Assembly: GCA_963748815.1 (NCBI GenBank)
Contig: CAVVKJ010000011.1
Location: 1 to 64,000, forward strand
Length of the DNA stretch: 64,000 nt
Direction: 5' to 3'
Source: an uncultured Gemmatimonadales bacterium
GTDB lineage: Bacteria > Gemmatimonadota > Gemmatimonadetes > Gemmatimonadales > GWC2-71-9
The notes below the pieces were generated by a model, which made no database searches, was not told the origin of the DNA, and worked only from the letters and a program-made list of their open reading frames with translations. Below, piece after piece: positions 38,878 to 49,559 of this stretch. Position numbers and translations under genes: made by a program. Numbering within the stretch: the stretch's first letter is position 1; the number at the start of each line of letters is the position of its first letter.

Positions 38878-39201
38878 ATGCGCTGGAATCCCAAGATCTG
38901 GACCCCGATCGCGCAAGTCTTGACGGTGGTCAACGTGGCGGCCGTCTACTTCGCGGCGGAGGCCGCGGAGCCCTGGCACGCCGTGCTGCACGCGGCGCTC
39001 GGCGTCGCCTTCCTCCTCTGGGCCGAGCGGCTTCGCGCCCGCGCGACACGAGCCCTCCTCGAGGAGGAATTGGGCCAGCCGGAATTGATGCCGGGAGAAA
39101 TGGACCACGTCCGGAACGAGCTGGCCGAGGTGCAGGAGCGGCTCGACTTCGCCGAGCGGATGCTGGCGCAGCGACGCGAGCCCGAACAGGAGCGGTCATG
39201 A
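38878..39201 (+). CDS. Small two-TM + coiled-coil protein (ERLDFAERML motif)
   Basis: TMs including PWHAVLHAALGVAFLLWA, then ELAEVQERLDFAERMLAQ. Confidence 0.8.
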   Translation: MRWNPKIWTPIAQVLTVVNVAAVYFAAEAAEPWHAVLHAALGVAFLLWAERLRARATRALLEEELGQPELMPGEMDHVRNELAEVQERLDFAERMLAQRREPEQERS

Positions 39202-39656
39202 CAATTCACCTGTCCCTTCTCACCGCCTTCTGCCTCGGGCTGACGGCGGCAGCCAGCGCGCAAACCAAGGTCGCGATGTCGCCCGATGCGGAGGGGGTGA
39301 CCCTCGCCGCGCGCGACTATATCGAGGCGTTCTATGAAGGGGATTCCACCAAGATCGTCCGCAGCGTCAGCCCGACGGTGGTCAAGTATGGGTATTACAT
39401 CCCGCGGGGCGACTCGACCTACCACGGCGAGGGGATGAGCTACGCCGGGATGCTGGATTACGTGCGGAAGGTCAAGGCGAGCGGGCGGTCGACCCCGGCC
39501 AGCGCCCCCCGCGAGGTGGTGCTCCTGGAGGTGCTCGACCAGGTCGCGGCGGCCAAGGTGGTGGCGTGGTGGGGGACGGACTTCCTGCACCTGGCCAGGA
39601 TCGACGGCCGGTGGATGATCACCCAGGTGATCTGGCAGACGCCGCCCAGGTCCTAG
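39198..39656 (+). CDS. Exported NTF2-like (lumazine-binding-2) protein
   Basis: Signal peptide; DYIEAFYEGD and AAKVVAWWGTDFLHLARIDGRWMITQVIW. Confidence 0.85.
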   Translation: MTIHLSLLTAFCLGLTAAASAQTKVAMSPDAEGVTLAARDYIEAFYEGDSTKIVRSVSPTVVKYGYYIPRGDSTYHGEGMSYAGMLDYVRKVKASGRSTPASAPREVVLLEVLDQVAAAKVVAWWGTDFLHLARIDGRWMITQVIWQTPPRS

Positions 39657-39763
39657 AAACACAACGCCCGTCCAGTGTGTGGTCACCGGGCGGGTCGATG
39701 GTTCTTGGCAGTTTGATCACCCGGTCTGCTCTGCTACCCCGGGGCCCGAAGGCTATGTCGATT
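39657..39763 (-). ncRNA. Candidate small RNA (~105 nt)
   Basis: Minus strand: promoter-like CTGGCG-18nt-TACCTT, a C(UUCG)G hairpin, a CCCGG/CCGGG stem, a single-stranded UGAUCAAACUGCCAAGAACC segment, and a terminal hairpin with a U-rich tail. No credible ORF. Confidence 0.45.
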
Positions 39764-39939
39764 GGCCTGAAGGTAATGGGTCACCCCCCAAAACGCCAGT
39801 GGCGAGTTGTCCCCGCCCCGCCGAGGGCCTATCCTTCGCCCCGGCGGCCCCCCGGTCGCCCATCTACCGTCGACCGCATCGGCAGCCCCCGTCTCTGGAA
39901 AGGCCCCCACCGCGGTTGCGCTCTTCAGCAAGGAACGCC

Positions 39940-41280
39940 GTGCCTTTCGCCGCTCTGAACCTTCATCCGAACCTGCTCAAGGGCATCAAGGAACTCGGAT
40001 TCACCCGTCCCACGCCGATCCAGGCCGACTCGATTCCCCCGGCGCTCGCCGGGCGGGATCTCCTGGCCTGCGCCATGACCGGCAGCGGCAAGACCGCCGC
40101 CTTCGTCCTCCCCATCCTGCAGCGGCTCATGGACTCGAAGCGGGGCACCACCCGCGCCCTGATCCTGAGCCCGACGCGCGAGCTCGCGCTCCAGATCCTG
40201 GAAGACATCAACGACCTCGCGACCCACACCCCGGTCACCGCCGCCGCCGTCTACGGCGGGGTGGGGATGGGGCCGCAGGAGCACGCGCTGCGGAGCGGGG
40301 CGGACATCATCGTCGCGACGCCGGGCCGACTGCTCGACCACATGAAGCAGCCCTACGCCAAGTTTGCCGGGCTCGAGGTCCTCGTCCTCGACGAGGCCGA
40401 CCGGATGCTCGACATGGGATTCCTCCCCGACATCAAGCGCATCATGCGCCATATCCCGGCCAAGCGTCAGACGCTTTTCTTCAGCGCCACGATGCCGGGC
40501 CCCATCGCCGCCCTGACCCGGGAGCTGTTGAACGACCCGGCCCTGATCAACCAGGCCCGGAAGTCGGCCCCGGCCATCGGCATCACGCAGGCGGTGTACC
40601 CGGTGCGCCAGGAGCTGAAGGCCGGGCTCTTCCTGGCCCTCCTCGCCAAAGGCGAGATGCGCGAGGCGCTGGTCTTTACCCGGACCAAGCACCGGGCCGA
40701 CCGCCTGACCAAGCACCTGATCCGCGAGGGCATCAAGGCGGAGCGGATTCACGGGAACCGGTCGCAGGCGCAGCGGACCGAGGCGCTGGCCGGCTTCAAG
40801 AGCGGCAAGTACCGGGTGCTGGTGGCCACCGACATCGCCGCGCGGGGCATCGACGTTGAGGAACTCGGGCACGTGGTGAACTTCGACGTGCCGAAGGTCC
40901 CGGAGGACTACATCCACCGGGTCGGCCGGACGGCGCGCGCGGAGGCCACCGGCGATGCGTTCACGTTCGTCTCGCCGGAAGAAGAGGGCGACCTCCGCTC
41001 GATCGAGCGCGCGGTCGGGAAGCGGCTGCCGCGGGTCACCATTCCCGATTTCGACTACGCCGCGAAGCAGAACGTGCAGCTGGAGGTGCCCCTGGCCGAG
41101 CGGATCGCCACCATCCGCGCCAAGAAGGCGGATGACCGGGCGAGGTCCAAGGCCAAGGCGGCGCGGCGCGCGGCGCACGAGGCCACCCAGGGGCGCCCCG
41201 GTGGCGGGCCGGCCAAGAAGTCGGGCGGCGGGTCGCGGCGCGGCGGTCCCTCGGGCGCGCGTGGGGGGCACTCCCGCTAG
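39940..41280 (+). CDS. DEAD-box ATP-dependent RNA helicase (RhlE-like)
   Basis: Q motif PTPIQ, TGSGKT, PTRELA, DEAD, SAT, ARGID and HRVGRTAR; AAGGA RBS before GTG. Confidence 0.95.
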   Translation: MPFAALNLHPNLLKGIKELGFTRPTPIQADSIPPALAGRDLLACAMTGSGKTAAFVLPILQRLMDSKRGTTRALILSPTRELALQILEDINDLATHTPVTAAAVYGGVGMGPQEHALRSGADIIVATPGRLLDHMKQPYAKFAGLEVLVLDEADRMLDMGFLPDIKRIMRHIPAKRQTLFFSATMPGPIAALTRELLNDPALINQARKSAPAIGITQAVYPVRQELKAGLFLALLAKGEMREALVFTRTKHRADRLTKHLIREGIKAERIHGNRSQAQRTEALAGFKSGKYRVLVATDIAARGIDVEELGHVVNFDVPKVPEDYIHRVGRTARAEATGDAFTFVSPEEEGDLRSIERAVGKRLPRVTIPDFDYAAKQNVQLEVPLAERIATIRAKKADDRARSKAKAARRAAHEATQGRPGGGPAKKSGGGSRRGGPSGARGGHSR

Positions 41281-41315
41281 CCGTCCCGCCGTCACCCCAA
41301 GCAAGGAGGCACACG

Positions 41316-41699
41316 ATGAATTCGCGCACAGGCAACCTGGTCGGCGCCATCCTGCTGCTCGCCTTGTTCGCGTATCTCGGGGTGCGGATTTCGCTGGCGG
41401 CCGCGGGCACCGAGCTCCCGACGGGACAACGCGCCGTCATGCTGCTGCAGTGGTGGTACGCGGTGCTGGCGGCGCTGGCGATCGTCGGCCTGCTCCTCCG
41501 CCACGGCGGCACCCGCCTGGTCCTTTTCGCCTGGGCGGCGATCTTCACCCTCCGGTACGCGCTGGCGCCCATCTATCTGGGCGGCAAGGGCATCGGGCTC
41601 GCCGTGGCCGGCGGCGCAATCGGGCTCGCCATCGCGAGCGGCGTGGTCTACCTCGGGTTCCGGGCCCTGGAACCCCCGGGCGGTGCTCCCCCCGCATGA
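41316..41699 (+). CDS. Hypothetical four-TM membrane protein
   Basis: 127 aa, hydrophobic; AAGGAGG RBS. Confidence 0.75.
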   Translation: MNSRTGNLVGAILLLALFAYLGVRISLAAAGTELPTGQRAVMLLQWWYAVLAALAIVGLLLRHGGTRLVLFAWAAIFTLRYALAPIYLGGKGIGLAVAGGAIGLAIASGVVYLGFRALEPPGGAPPA

Positions 41700-42097
41700 G
41701 CGCTGCCAACGACGCCGCGCCGATCCCGGTGCGCGTGCGCGCCGCCGACGGCACCGCGCGCGACGACGGCTGGGTGCGCACCGCGCGCCGTCCGTTCGCG
41801 GCCCGAGTCGGCGAAGGTCTGCTGATGGCCGGCGGCGGCACCGCCATCGGCGTCCTCCTGCTCCCGATTCCGCTGGTGCACCTCTTCGGGATCATGTTTG
41901 CGCTCACCACCTGGTGGTTCGCGCTGCAGCGGGTGCGGACCGACACCGTCGTGGTGAACGTCGGCGGGACCTGCCCGCACTGCGGCACGGCGGGGACCTT
42001 CTTCGCCGGCTTCGGGCGGAAGCGGTACCGGCTGCCGATCTCCACCTCCTGCCCGTCCTGTTCTCACGCCCTCACTCTCGAGCCGCTCCCCCGATGA
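41696..42097 (+). CDS. Hypothetical membrane protein with C-terminal zinc ribbon
   Basis: Two TMs (LLPIPLVHLFG), then CPHC...CPSC; ATGA coupling on both sides. Confidence 0.75.
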   Translation: MSAANDAAPIPVRVRAADGTARDDGWVRTARRPFAARVGEGLLMAGGGTAIGVLLLPIPLVHLFGIMFALTTWWFALQRVRTDTVVVNVGGTCPHCGTAGTFFAGFGRKRYRLPISTSCPSCSHALTLEPLPR

Positions 42098-42576
42098 ATT
42101 TGTACCGAATCAAGGTCACCACCATCGATGGCCAGACGATCCCGATGTCCACCTACAAGGGACGCGTCCTGTTGATCGTGAACGTGGCCAGCAAGTGCGG
42201 CTATACGCCGCAATACGCCGGGCTTGACGCCCTCTCTCGCACGTACGAGCGCCGGGGGCTGACGGTGCTGGGATTCCCCTGCGACCAGTTCGGCAACCAG
42301 GAGCCGGGAGACGACGCGTCGATCAAGGAGTTCTGCTCCCTGACCTACGACGTCTCCTTCCCGATGTTCTCGAAGATCGACGTGAACGGCGCCGACGCCC
42401 ATCCCCTGTACGTGCACCTCAAGGCCGCGAAGCCGGGCCTCCTGGGCACTGAGGGGATCAAGTGGAATTTCACGAAGTTCCTCGTCGACCGGGGCGGCGC
42501 CGTGGTCAAGCGCTACGCGCCGACCGACACCCCCGAGGCCATCGAGCCGGACATCGTCGCGCTGCTCGCGAAGTAG
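42094..42576 (+). CDS. Glutathione peroxidase (Cys type)
   Basis: NVASKCGYT, LGFPCDQFGNQEPG and IKWNFTKFLV. Confidence 0.95.
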   Translation: MNLYRIKVTTIDGQTIPMSTYKGRVLLIVNVASKCGYTPQYAGLDALSRTYERRGLTVLGFPCDQFGNQEPGDDASIKEFCSLTYDVSFPMFSKIDVNGADAHPLYVHLKAAKPGLLGTEGIKWNFTKFLVDRGGAVVKRYAPTDTPEAIEPDIVALLAK

Positions 42577-42620
42577 CTCCGCTGGCTGATCGACCGGCTC
42601 ACCTGGAAGGCGGCGGATCG

Positions 42621-42782
42621 ATGGGGAAGATCATGGCACTGGTCGGCACGACCATCGGGGGCGCGGTGGGCTGGTGGCTGGGCGCGCGGGCTGGAGTGAT
42701 GACGGCCTTCGTCTGCAGCATGGTGGGCACCGGCGTCGGACTCTACGCGGCCCGGCGCTTCACGCAGGACTATCTGGAGTGA
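42621..42782 (+). CDS. Small glycine-rich membrane protein
   Basis: 53 aa: GTTIGGAVGWWLG...SMVGTGVGLY; GTGA overlap with the next gene. Confidence 0.7.
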   Translation: MGKIMALVGTTIGGAVGWWLGARAGVMTAFVCSMVGTGVGLYAARRFTQDYLE

Positions 42783-43642
42783 TCGACACCCGGCGCACCA
42801 CCGCCCTGACGGCGCTCGCGCTGCTCGCCTTTGCCGGTAATTCGATCCTCTGCCGGATGGCCCTCGGCGGTCACCTGATGGATCCCGCCGGGTTCACGGC
42901 GGTGCGCCTCGCATCGGGCGCCCTCACCCTCTGGCTCCTCCTCGCCGTCCGGGGCGCCGGTGCACCGCGCCTCGCGGGGCACTGGGCCTCCGCCGCCGCC
43001 CTATTCATGTACGCCGCCGCCTTCAGCCTGGCGTACGTCTCCCTCGACGCCGGGACGGGAGCGCTCATCCTCTTCGGCGCCGTGCAGGTCACGATGCTCC
43101 TCGCCGGCCTGCGCGCCGGAGAGCGCCCCCGCCCCACCGAATGGCTCGGCCTTGCCCTCGCGCTGACCGGGCTCGTGGTCCTGGTGCGGCCGGGGCTCTC
43201 CGCCCCGGCGCCGGGAGGCGCCGCGTTGATGGCGACGGCCGGGATCGCGTGGGGCGTCTACTCGCTGCGGGGACGGGGCAGCCGGGAACCACTCCGCAAC
43301 ACCGCGGGCAACTTCATGATGGCCGCGCCGGTGGCCCTCCTCCTGGTGCCGCTGGCCGGCGGGGTCCACGCCTGGACCCCGGCCGGACTCGCCCTCGCCG
43401 CGGCCTCCGGCGCACTCGCCTCCGGTGTCGGCTATGCGGTCTGGTACGCCGCGCTCCCCGCCCTCTCCGCCACGCGCGCCGCGCTGGTCCAGCTGCTGGT
43501 GCCCGTCCTTGCGGCGGCCGGGGGAGTGGCGCTCCTTTCCGAGGTCATACCGCTCCGCCTCCCCGTGGCCGCGGCCCTGGTGCTGGGAGGCGTGGCGCTG
43601 GCCGTCACCGCCCGATCCCCCGGACACGGGAGGCAGCCCTGA
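42779..43642 (+). CDS. DMT/EamA family transporter
   Basis: AFAGNSILCR, FSLAYVSLDAGTGALILFGAVQ, AWGVYSLRG and GYAVWY. Confidence 0.9.
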   Translation: MIDTRRTTALTALALLAFAGNSILCRMALGGHLMDPAGFTAVRLASGALTLWLLLAVRGAGAPRLAGHWASAAALFMYAAAFSLAYVSLDAGTGALILFGAVQVTMLLAGLRAGERPRPTEWLGLALALTGLVVLVRPGLSAPAPGGAALMATAGIAWGVYSLRGRGSREPLRNTAGNFMMAAPVALLLVPLAGGVHAWTPAGLALAAASGALASGVGYAVWYAALPALSATRAALVQLLVPVLAAAGGVALLSEVIPLRLPVAAALVLGGVALAVTARSPGHGRQP

Positions 43643-44424
43643 TGCGCATCGCCCTGACCCGCGACGTCAGCCCCGCCATGCACCTCTGCGAACTCAGCCA
43701 CCTCGCGCGCACGCCGATCGACCACGACCGCGCCCTGGCCCAGCACGCGGCGTATGAGCAGTGCCTCATGGAACTCGGCTGCCACGTGCATCGACTGCCG
43801 TCGGACGCCTCGATGCCCGACGCCGTGTTCATCGAGGACACCGCGGTCGTGGTGGACGAACTCGCCGTGATCGCCCGGCCCGGCGCGAAGTCACGCCGCG
43901 GGGAAACGGAAACGGTGGCGGCCGCCCTCGGTCGGTACCGGTCGCTGGCCGCGATCGAGGCGCCGGGGACGGTCGACGGCGGCGACGTGCTGCGGGTCGG
44001 GCGGACCTTCTTTGTCGGGGACTCGGCGCGGAGCAACCGCGACGGCATCGCGCAGCTGGGCGAGTTGCTCGCGCCGTACGACTACCGGGTTGTGCCAGTC
44101 GTCACGCGGGACTGCCTCCACCTCAAAACCGCCGCGACCGTCGCCGCGCCGGGCGTGGTCGTCCTCAACCCCGCCTGGGTGGACCGCGCGCTCTTCGAGC
44201 ACGCGACCGTCGTCGAGGTCGACCCGGCGGAGCCATTCGCCGGGAATGTGCTCCGGGTCGGCGAGACGACCATCTGCGGAGCGGCGTTTCCACGGACGAA
44301 CCGCCGCCTCGAGACGGCGGGGGTCGCCGTGCGGACGGTGGACATGTCGGAATTCGCGAAGGCCGAAGGCGGGGTGACCTGCTGCAGCATCATCTTCGAG
44401 ACGACGGAGGGCCCCGGAACATGA
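43642..44424 (+). CDS. Dimethylarginine dimethylaminohydrolase (amidinotransferase superfamily)
   Basis: PDAVFIEDTA, DGGDVL, LHLKT and catalytic GGVTCCS. Confidence 0.9.
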   Translation: MRIALTRDVSPAMHLCELSHLARTPIDHDRALAQHAAYEQCLMELGCHVHRLPSDASMPDAVFIEDTAVVVDELAVIARPGAKSRRGETETVAAALGRYRSLAAIEAPGTVDGGDVLRVGRTFFVGDSARSNRDGIAQLGELLAPYDYRVVPVVTRDCLHLKTAATVAAPGVVVLNPAWVDRALFEHATVVEVDPAEPFAGNVLRVGETTICGAAFPRTNRRLETAGVAVRTVDMSEFAKAEGGVTCCSIIFETTEGPGT

Positions 44425-44792
44425 CCTTCGCGCGGCGCGTCTTCACGGTGGCCTGGGTGTACGGCTTCCTGTCACTGCTCCCGATGTATTTCATGGAGGC
44501 CTGGTACATGGAGCGCCTCCCGCCGGCGCTCACCCACCCGGAGTTCTACTACGGATTCATCGGCGTGGCGCTCGCCTGGCAGGCGCTCTTCGTCCTCATC
44601 GCGCGGGAACCGGCGCGGCTGCGGCCGGCCATGCTGCCCGCGGTGCTGGAAAAGCTGGGATGGGGGATCGCGGTGCCGGTGCTCGTGCTGCAGGGCCGGG
44701 CGCCGAGCTTCTTCCTCCCGGCGGCGGCCATTGACCTGCTGCTCGCGGTGCTGTTCGTGATGGCGTGGCGGAAGACCTCGGAGCCCCAATGA
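44421..44792 (+). CDS. Conserved hypothetical membrane protein
   Basis: PPALTHPEFYYGFIGVALAWQ...RPAMLPAVLEK; four TMs. Confidence 0.78.
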   Translation: MTFARRVFTVAWVYGFLSLLPMYFMEAWYMERLPPALTHPEFYYGFIGVALAWQALFVLIAREPARLRPAMLPAVLEKLGWGIAVPVLVLQGRAPSFFLPAAAIDLLLAVLFVMAWRKTSEPQ

Positions 44793-45364
44793 CTCGTCCC
44801 TGTGTGGCAGCCCCCCTTGTGCTCCTCGCCTTGCTCGCGGCCATCCCGGCGAGCGGCCACGCCCAGGACGCCAAGCAGCGCACCAAGTGCGCGGAGGCGG
44901 TGCAGCTCTTCCGGTCCGCCGACCGGGACATGGCGAAGTTCTTCGAGACGGCGGTGGGGTACGCCATCTTCCCGTCGGTCGGGAAGGGGGCGTTCATCGT
45001 CGGCGGCGCCGCCGGCACCGGGTGCCTCTACGAGGGAGGCGCCATCATCGGCCAGGCGAAGCTGGCGCAGGTGACCGTCGGCTTCCAGCTCGGTGGGCAG
45101 GCGTACGCCGAGATTATCTTCTTCCAGAGTGACGACGCCCTCGCCTCGTTCAAGTCGAGCAAGTTCGAGATGAGCGCCCAGGTCAGCGCCGTGGCGGCCG
45201 CCAGCGGGGCCTCGGCCAATGCCAAGTACGAGCTCGGCGTGCTGGTCTTCACGATTGCCAAGGGCGGGTTGATGTACGAAGCGTCGGTCGGCGGACAGAA
45301 GTTCACCTTCAAGCCGGTGGCAGATCCGCCATCGGCCGAGACCGCCGCCCCAGCGCAGGACTGA
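44789..45364 (+). CDS. Exported YSC84/SYLF lipid-binding domain protein
   Basis: GYAIFPSVGKGAFIVGG, GFQLGGQ and KGGLMYEASVGGQKF. Confidence 0.9.
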   Translation: MTRPCVAAPLVLLALLAAIPASGHAQDAKQRTKCAEAVQLFRSADRDMAKFFETAVGYAIFPSVGKGAFIVGGAAGTGCLYEGGAIIGQAKLAQVTVGFQLGGQAYAEIIFFQSDDALASFKSSKFEMSAQVSAVAAASGASANAKYELGVLVFTIAKGGLMYEASVGGQKFTFKPVADPPSAETAAPAQD

Positions 45365-45387
45365 CGGACCGCGGCAGGAGCGTTCTT

Positions 45388-46140
45388 ATGGCGCTGTACG
45401 AGGAATTCGTCGATTCAGGACAGTGGCTCTTTCAACGCCGGAGCTGGCTGCCAATCGCCGGCGTCGCGCTGCTCCTCACGCAGGTGTGGTCGGCGGCGGC
45501 GGTCGGACGCCTCCCGCTCATCCCGGACGCCTGGCCATTCATCTGCTTCGGGATTTCGTTGTTCGGGCTGGTCCTGCGTGCCTACACGGTCGGCACCGCC
45601 GCTCCCGGCACCTCCGGACGCAATCGGGGCCAACAGGTCGCCCAGTCGCTCAATACCACCGGTCCCTACTCGGTGGTGCGGCACCCCCTCTACTTCGCCA
45701 ACGCCGTGATGTGGCTCGGGCCGGCCCTCTACCCCCAGCGCGCCTGGTTCGTCGCCGTCTTCGCCCTGGCGTTCTGGCTGTACTACGAGCGGATCATGTT
45801 CGCCGAGGAGGAGTTCCTCCGGGGCAAGTACGGGAAGGAGTTCACGGAGTGGGCAGCCCGCACCCCCGCCTTCCTGCCCCGGCTCCGACTCTGGCAACGC
45901 TCGCGGCATCCGTTCGGCCTCCGGATCGTCCTGCGTCGGGAATACACCGGGCTGCTCCTGCTGGTGGTGCTCTTCGCCGCGCTCGATTCACTCCACTTCT
46001 GGGCCGCCGCACGGGAATGGGAAATCGAAAGCTTCTGGGAATGGAGCCTCATCCTCGGCGCGGCCCTGGCGATGGGCCTGCGCATGCTGCGCCGGCACTC
46101 GACGCTCCTCGAAGACCGGCCCTCGAAGGCGAAGAGCTGA
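45388..46140 (+). CDS. ICMT-family membrane methyltransferase, LmtA (lipid A phosphate methyltransferase)-like
   Basis: MALYEEF...LFQRRSWLP, TSGRN, LNTTGPYSVVRHPLY, YYERIMFAEEEFLRGKYG and LRREY. Confidence 0.8.
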   Translation: MALYEEFVDSGQWLFQRRSWLPIAGVALLLTQVWSAAAVGRLPLIPDAWPFICFGISLFGLVLRAYTVGTAAPGTSGRNRGQQVAQSLNTTGPYSVVRHPLYFANAVMWLGPALYPQRAWFVAVFALAFWLYYERIMFAEEEFLRGKYGKEFTEWAARTPAFLPRLRLWQRSRHPFGLRIVLRREYTGLLLLVVLFAALDSLHFWAAAREWEIESFWEWSLILGAALAMGLRMLRRHSTLLEDRPSKAKS

Positions 46141-46145
46141 CCCCG

Positions 46146-46182
46146 AAACGAAAGGGCCGGCCCGACAGAGTCGGACCGGCCC
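46146..46182 (-). terminator. Terminator hairpin between convergent genes
   Basis: Minus strand GGGCCGGTCCGAC-TCT-GTCGGGCCGGCCC followed by TTTCGTTT. Confidence 0.75.
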
Positions 46183-46220
46183 AGGCTCGGTAGCCGGCGA
46201 CGCCGGCGTCCCCTCTCGAC

Positions 46221-46430
46221 TTACTTGAGCTTGACGACGTTCTCGGCCGCGGGCCCCTTGGCGCCCTGGACGATGTCGAATTCAACCCGCTCGCCTTCGG
46301 CAAGCGACTTGAAGCCCTGGCCCGAGATGGCCGAGTGGTGGACGAAGCAGTCCTTCTGGCCGCCTTCGGGGGTGATGAAACCGAAGCCCTTGGCGTCGTT
46401 GAACCACTTCACGGTGCCGGTCGTACGCAT
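46221..46430 (-). CDS. Cold-shock protein (CspA family)
   Basis: [24 protein letters not shown] and [18 protein letters not shown]. Confidence 0.96.
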   Translation of the reverse strand: MRTTGTVKWFNDAKGFGFITPEGGQKDCFVHHSAISGQGFKSLAEGERVEFDIVQGAKGPAAENVVKLK

Positions 46431-46649
46431 GCGGTACTCCTGATGGTGTGGTGTAATCGGAGTCCGGGCATGCCGTCCTGGCCGACTACGGTTGTTCCGG
46501 GCACACCGCCGGACGGCGGGGACCCATGCGGACCGGGAACCAAAAAAGGGCACCGCGAATGCGAGCCCTTGAGTGAAACCCGGCACTAATCCACGCCGAA
46601 AGACGTGTTTCCGCAGAGCCAAGCTAAGACACGCCCGCTGAACGCACAA
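46431..46649 (-). promoter_or_regulatory. csp promoter and ~180-nt structured 5' leader
   Basis: TTGTGC-17nt-TAGCTT (46649-46621). The leader contains a terminator-like AAGGGC..GCCCTTTTTT hairpin (46542-46570). Confidence 0.6.
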
Positions 46650-46701
46650 GACCGGAAATCGACCATACCGAATAAATCCCGAATCGAGGCAATATTGCCG
46701 G

Positions 46702-47402
46702 ATGCCTGACATCGGCCACGCCCTCGCCTACTACGCCGTCTTCCTGGTGTCCGTCACCGTGCACGAGGCGGCCCACGCCTGGGCGGCCCTGCTCGGCGGA
46801 GACAAGACCGCCTACCACGGGGGACAGGTCACCCTCGACCCCCGTCCCCATATCCGGCGGGAACCGATGGGGTTGCTCTGGATTCCCCTCATCAGCGCCC
46901 TGATTTCCGGCTGGCCGATCGGGTTCGCCAGCGCGCCCTATGATCCCGCCTGGGCCCGCCGGTACCCGAAGCGCGCCGCCTGGATGGCGCTCGCCGGCCC
47001 GGCCTCCAACCTGCTCCTCGTCCTCCTGGCCTTCGCCGCCCTTCGGATCGGGGCGAACGCGGGCCTCTTCTTCCCGCCCGAGCGCGCCGGCTTCGACCGC
47101 CTCGCCGCGACCGACGCCGGCGCCACCTGGTCGGCGATCGTCTTCGTCCTGAGCGTGGTGCTTTCGCTCAACCTCCTGCTGGCCGTCCTCAACCTCTTTC
47201 CCTTCCCGCCCCTCGACGGGAGCGGGGTGGTCCCGCTCTTCCTGGGCGACCGCGCCACCGTGAAGTACCAGGACTTCATCTGGCACAACCGCGGCCTCGG
47301 CATCATCGGCATCCTCATCGCCTGGCAGCTCTTCAGCTACGTGTTCGACCCGGTGTTCCGCTTGACCCTCAATCTTCTCTACCCCGGAGCGGGGTACCAC
47401 TG

Positions 47403-47403
<1 letters not shown>
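46702..47403 (+). CDS. Site-2 protease (M50) family protein
   Basis: [14 protein letters not shown] and [10 protein letters not shown]. Confidence 0.92.
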
Positions 47404-49461
<2,058 letters not shown>

Positions 49462-49559
49462 GTCGGGTATGTCCGGCAGGACCGTGTACCGCACGCTATA
49501 TTCCCAGAGTACGTCCCATTTCTCTGGCCGCCCTCGACGGGCGGAAGGCGCGGTTCCCG

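Noticed and set aside
42094..42576. Selenocysteine glutathione peroxidase
   Set aside because: The active-site codon is TGC (Cys); there is no in-frame TGA.
46575..46615. GCGGAAACAC... start of the csp leader as a c-di-GMP-II riboswitch
   Set aside because: Only the first few bases resemble it; the kink-turn and pseudoknot elements are not evident.
46688..46699. Perfect palindrome GGCAATATTGCC before the site-2 protease gene
   Set aside because: Single 12-bp occurrence with no second copy or adjacent regulator; insufficient support.
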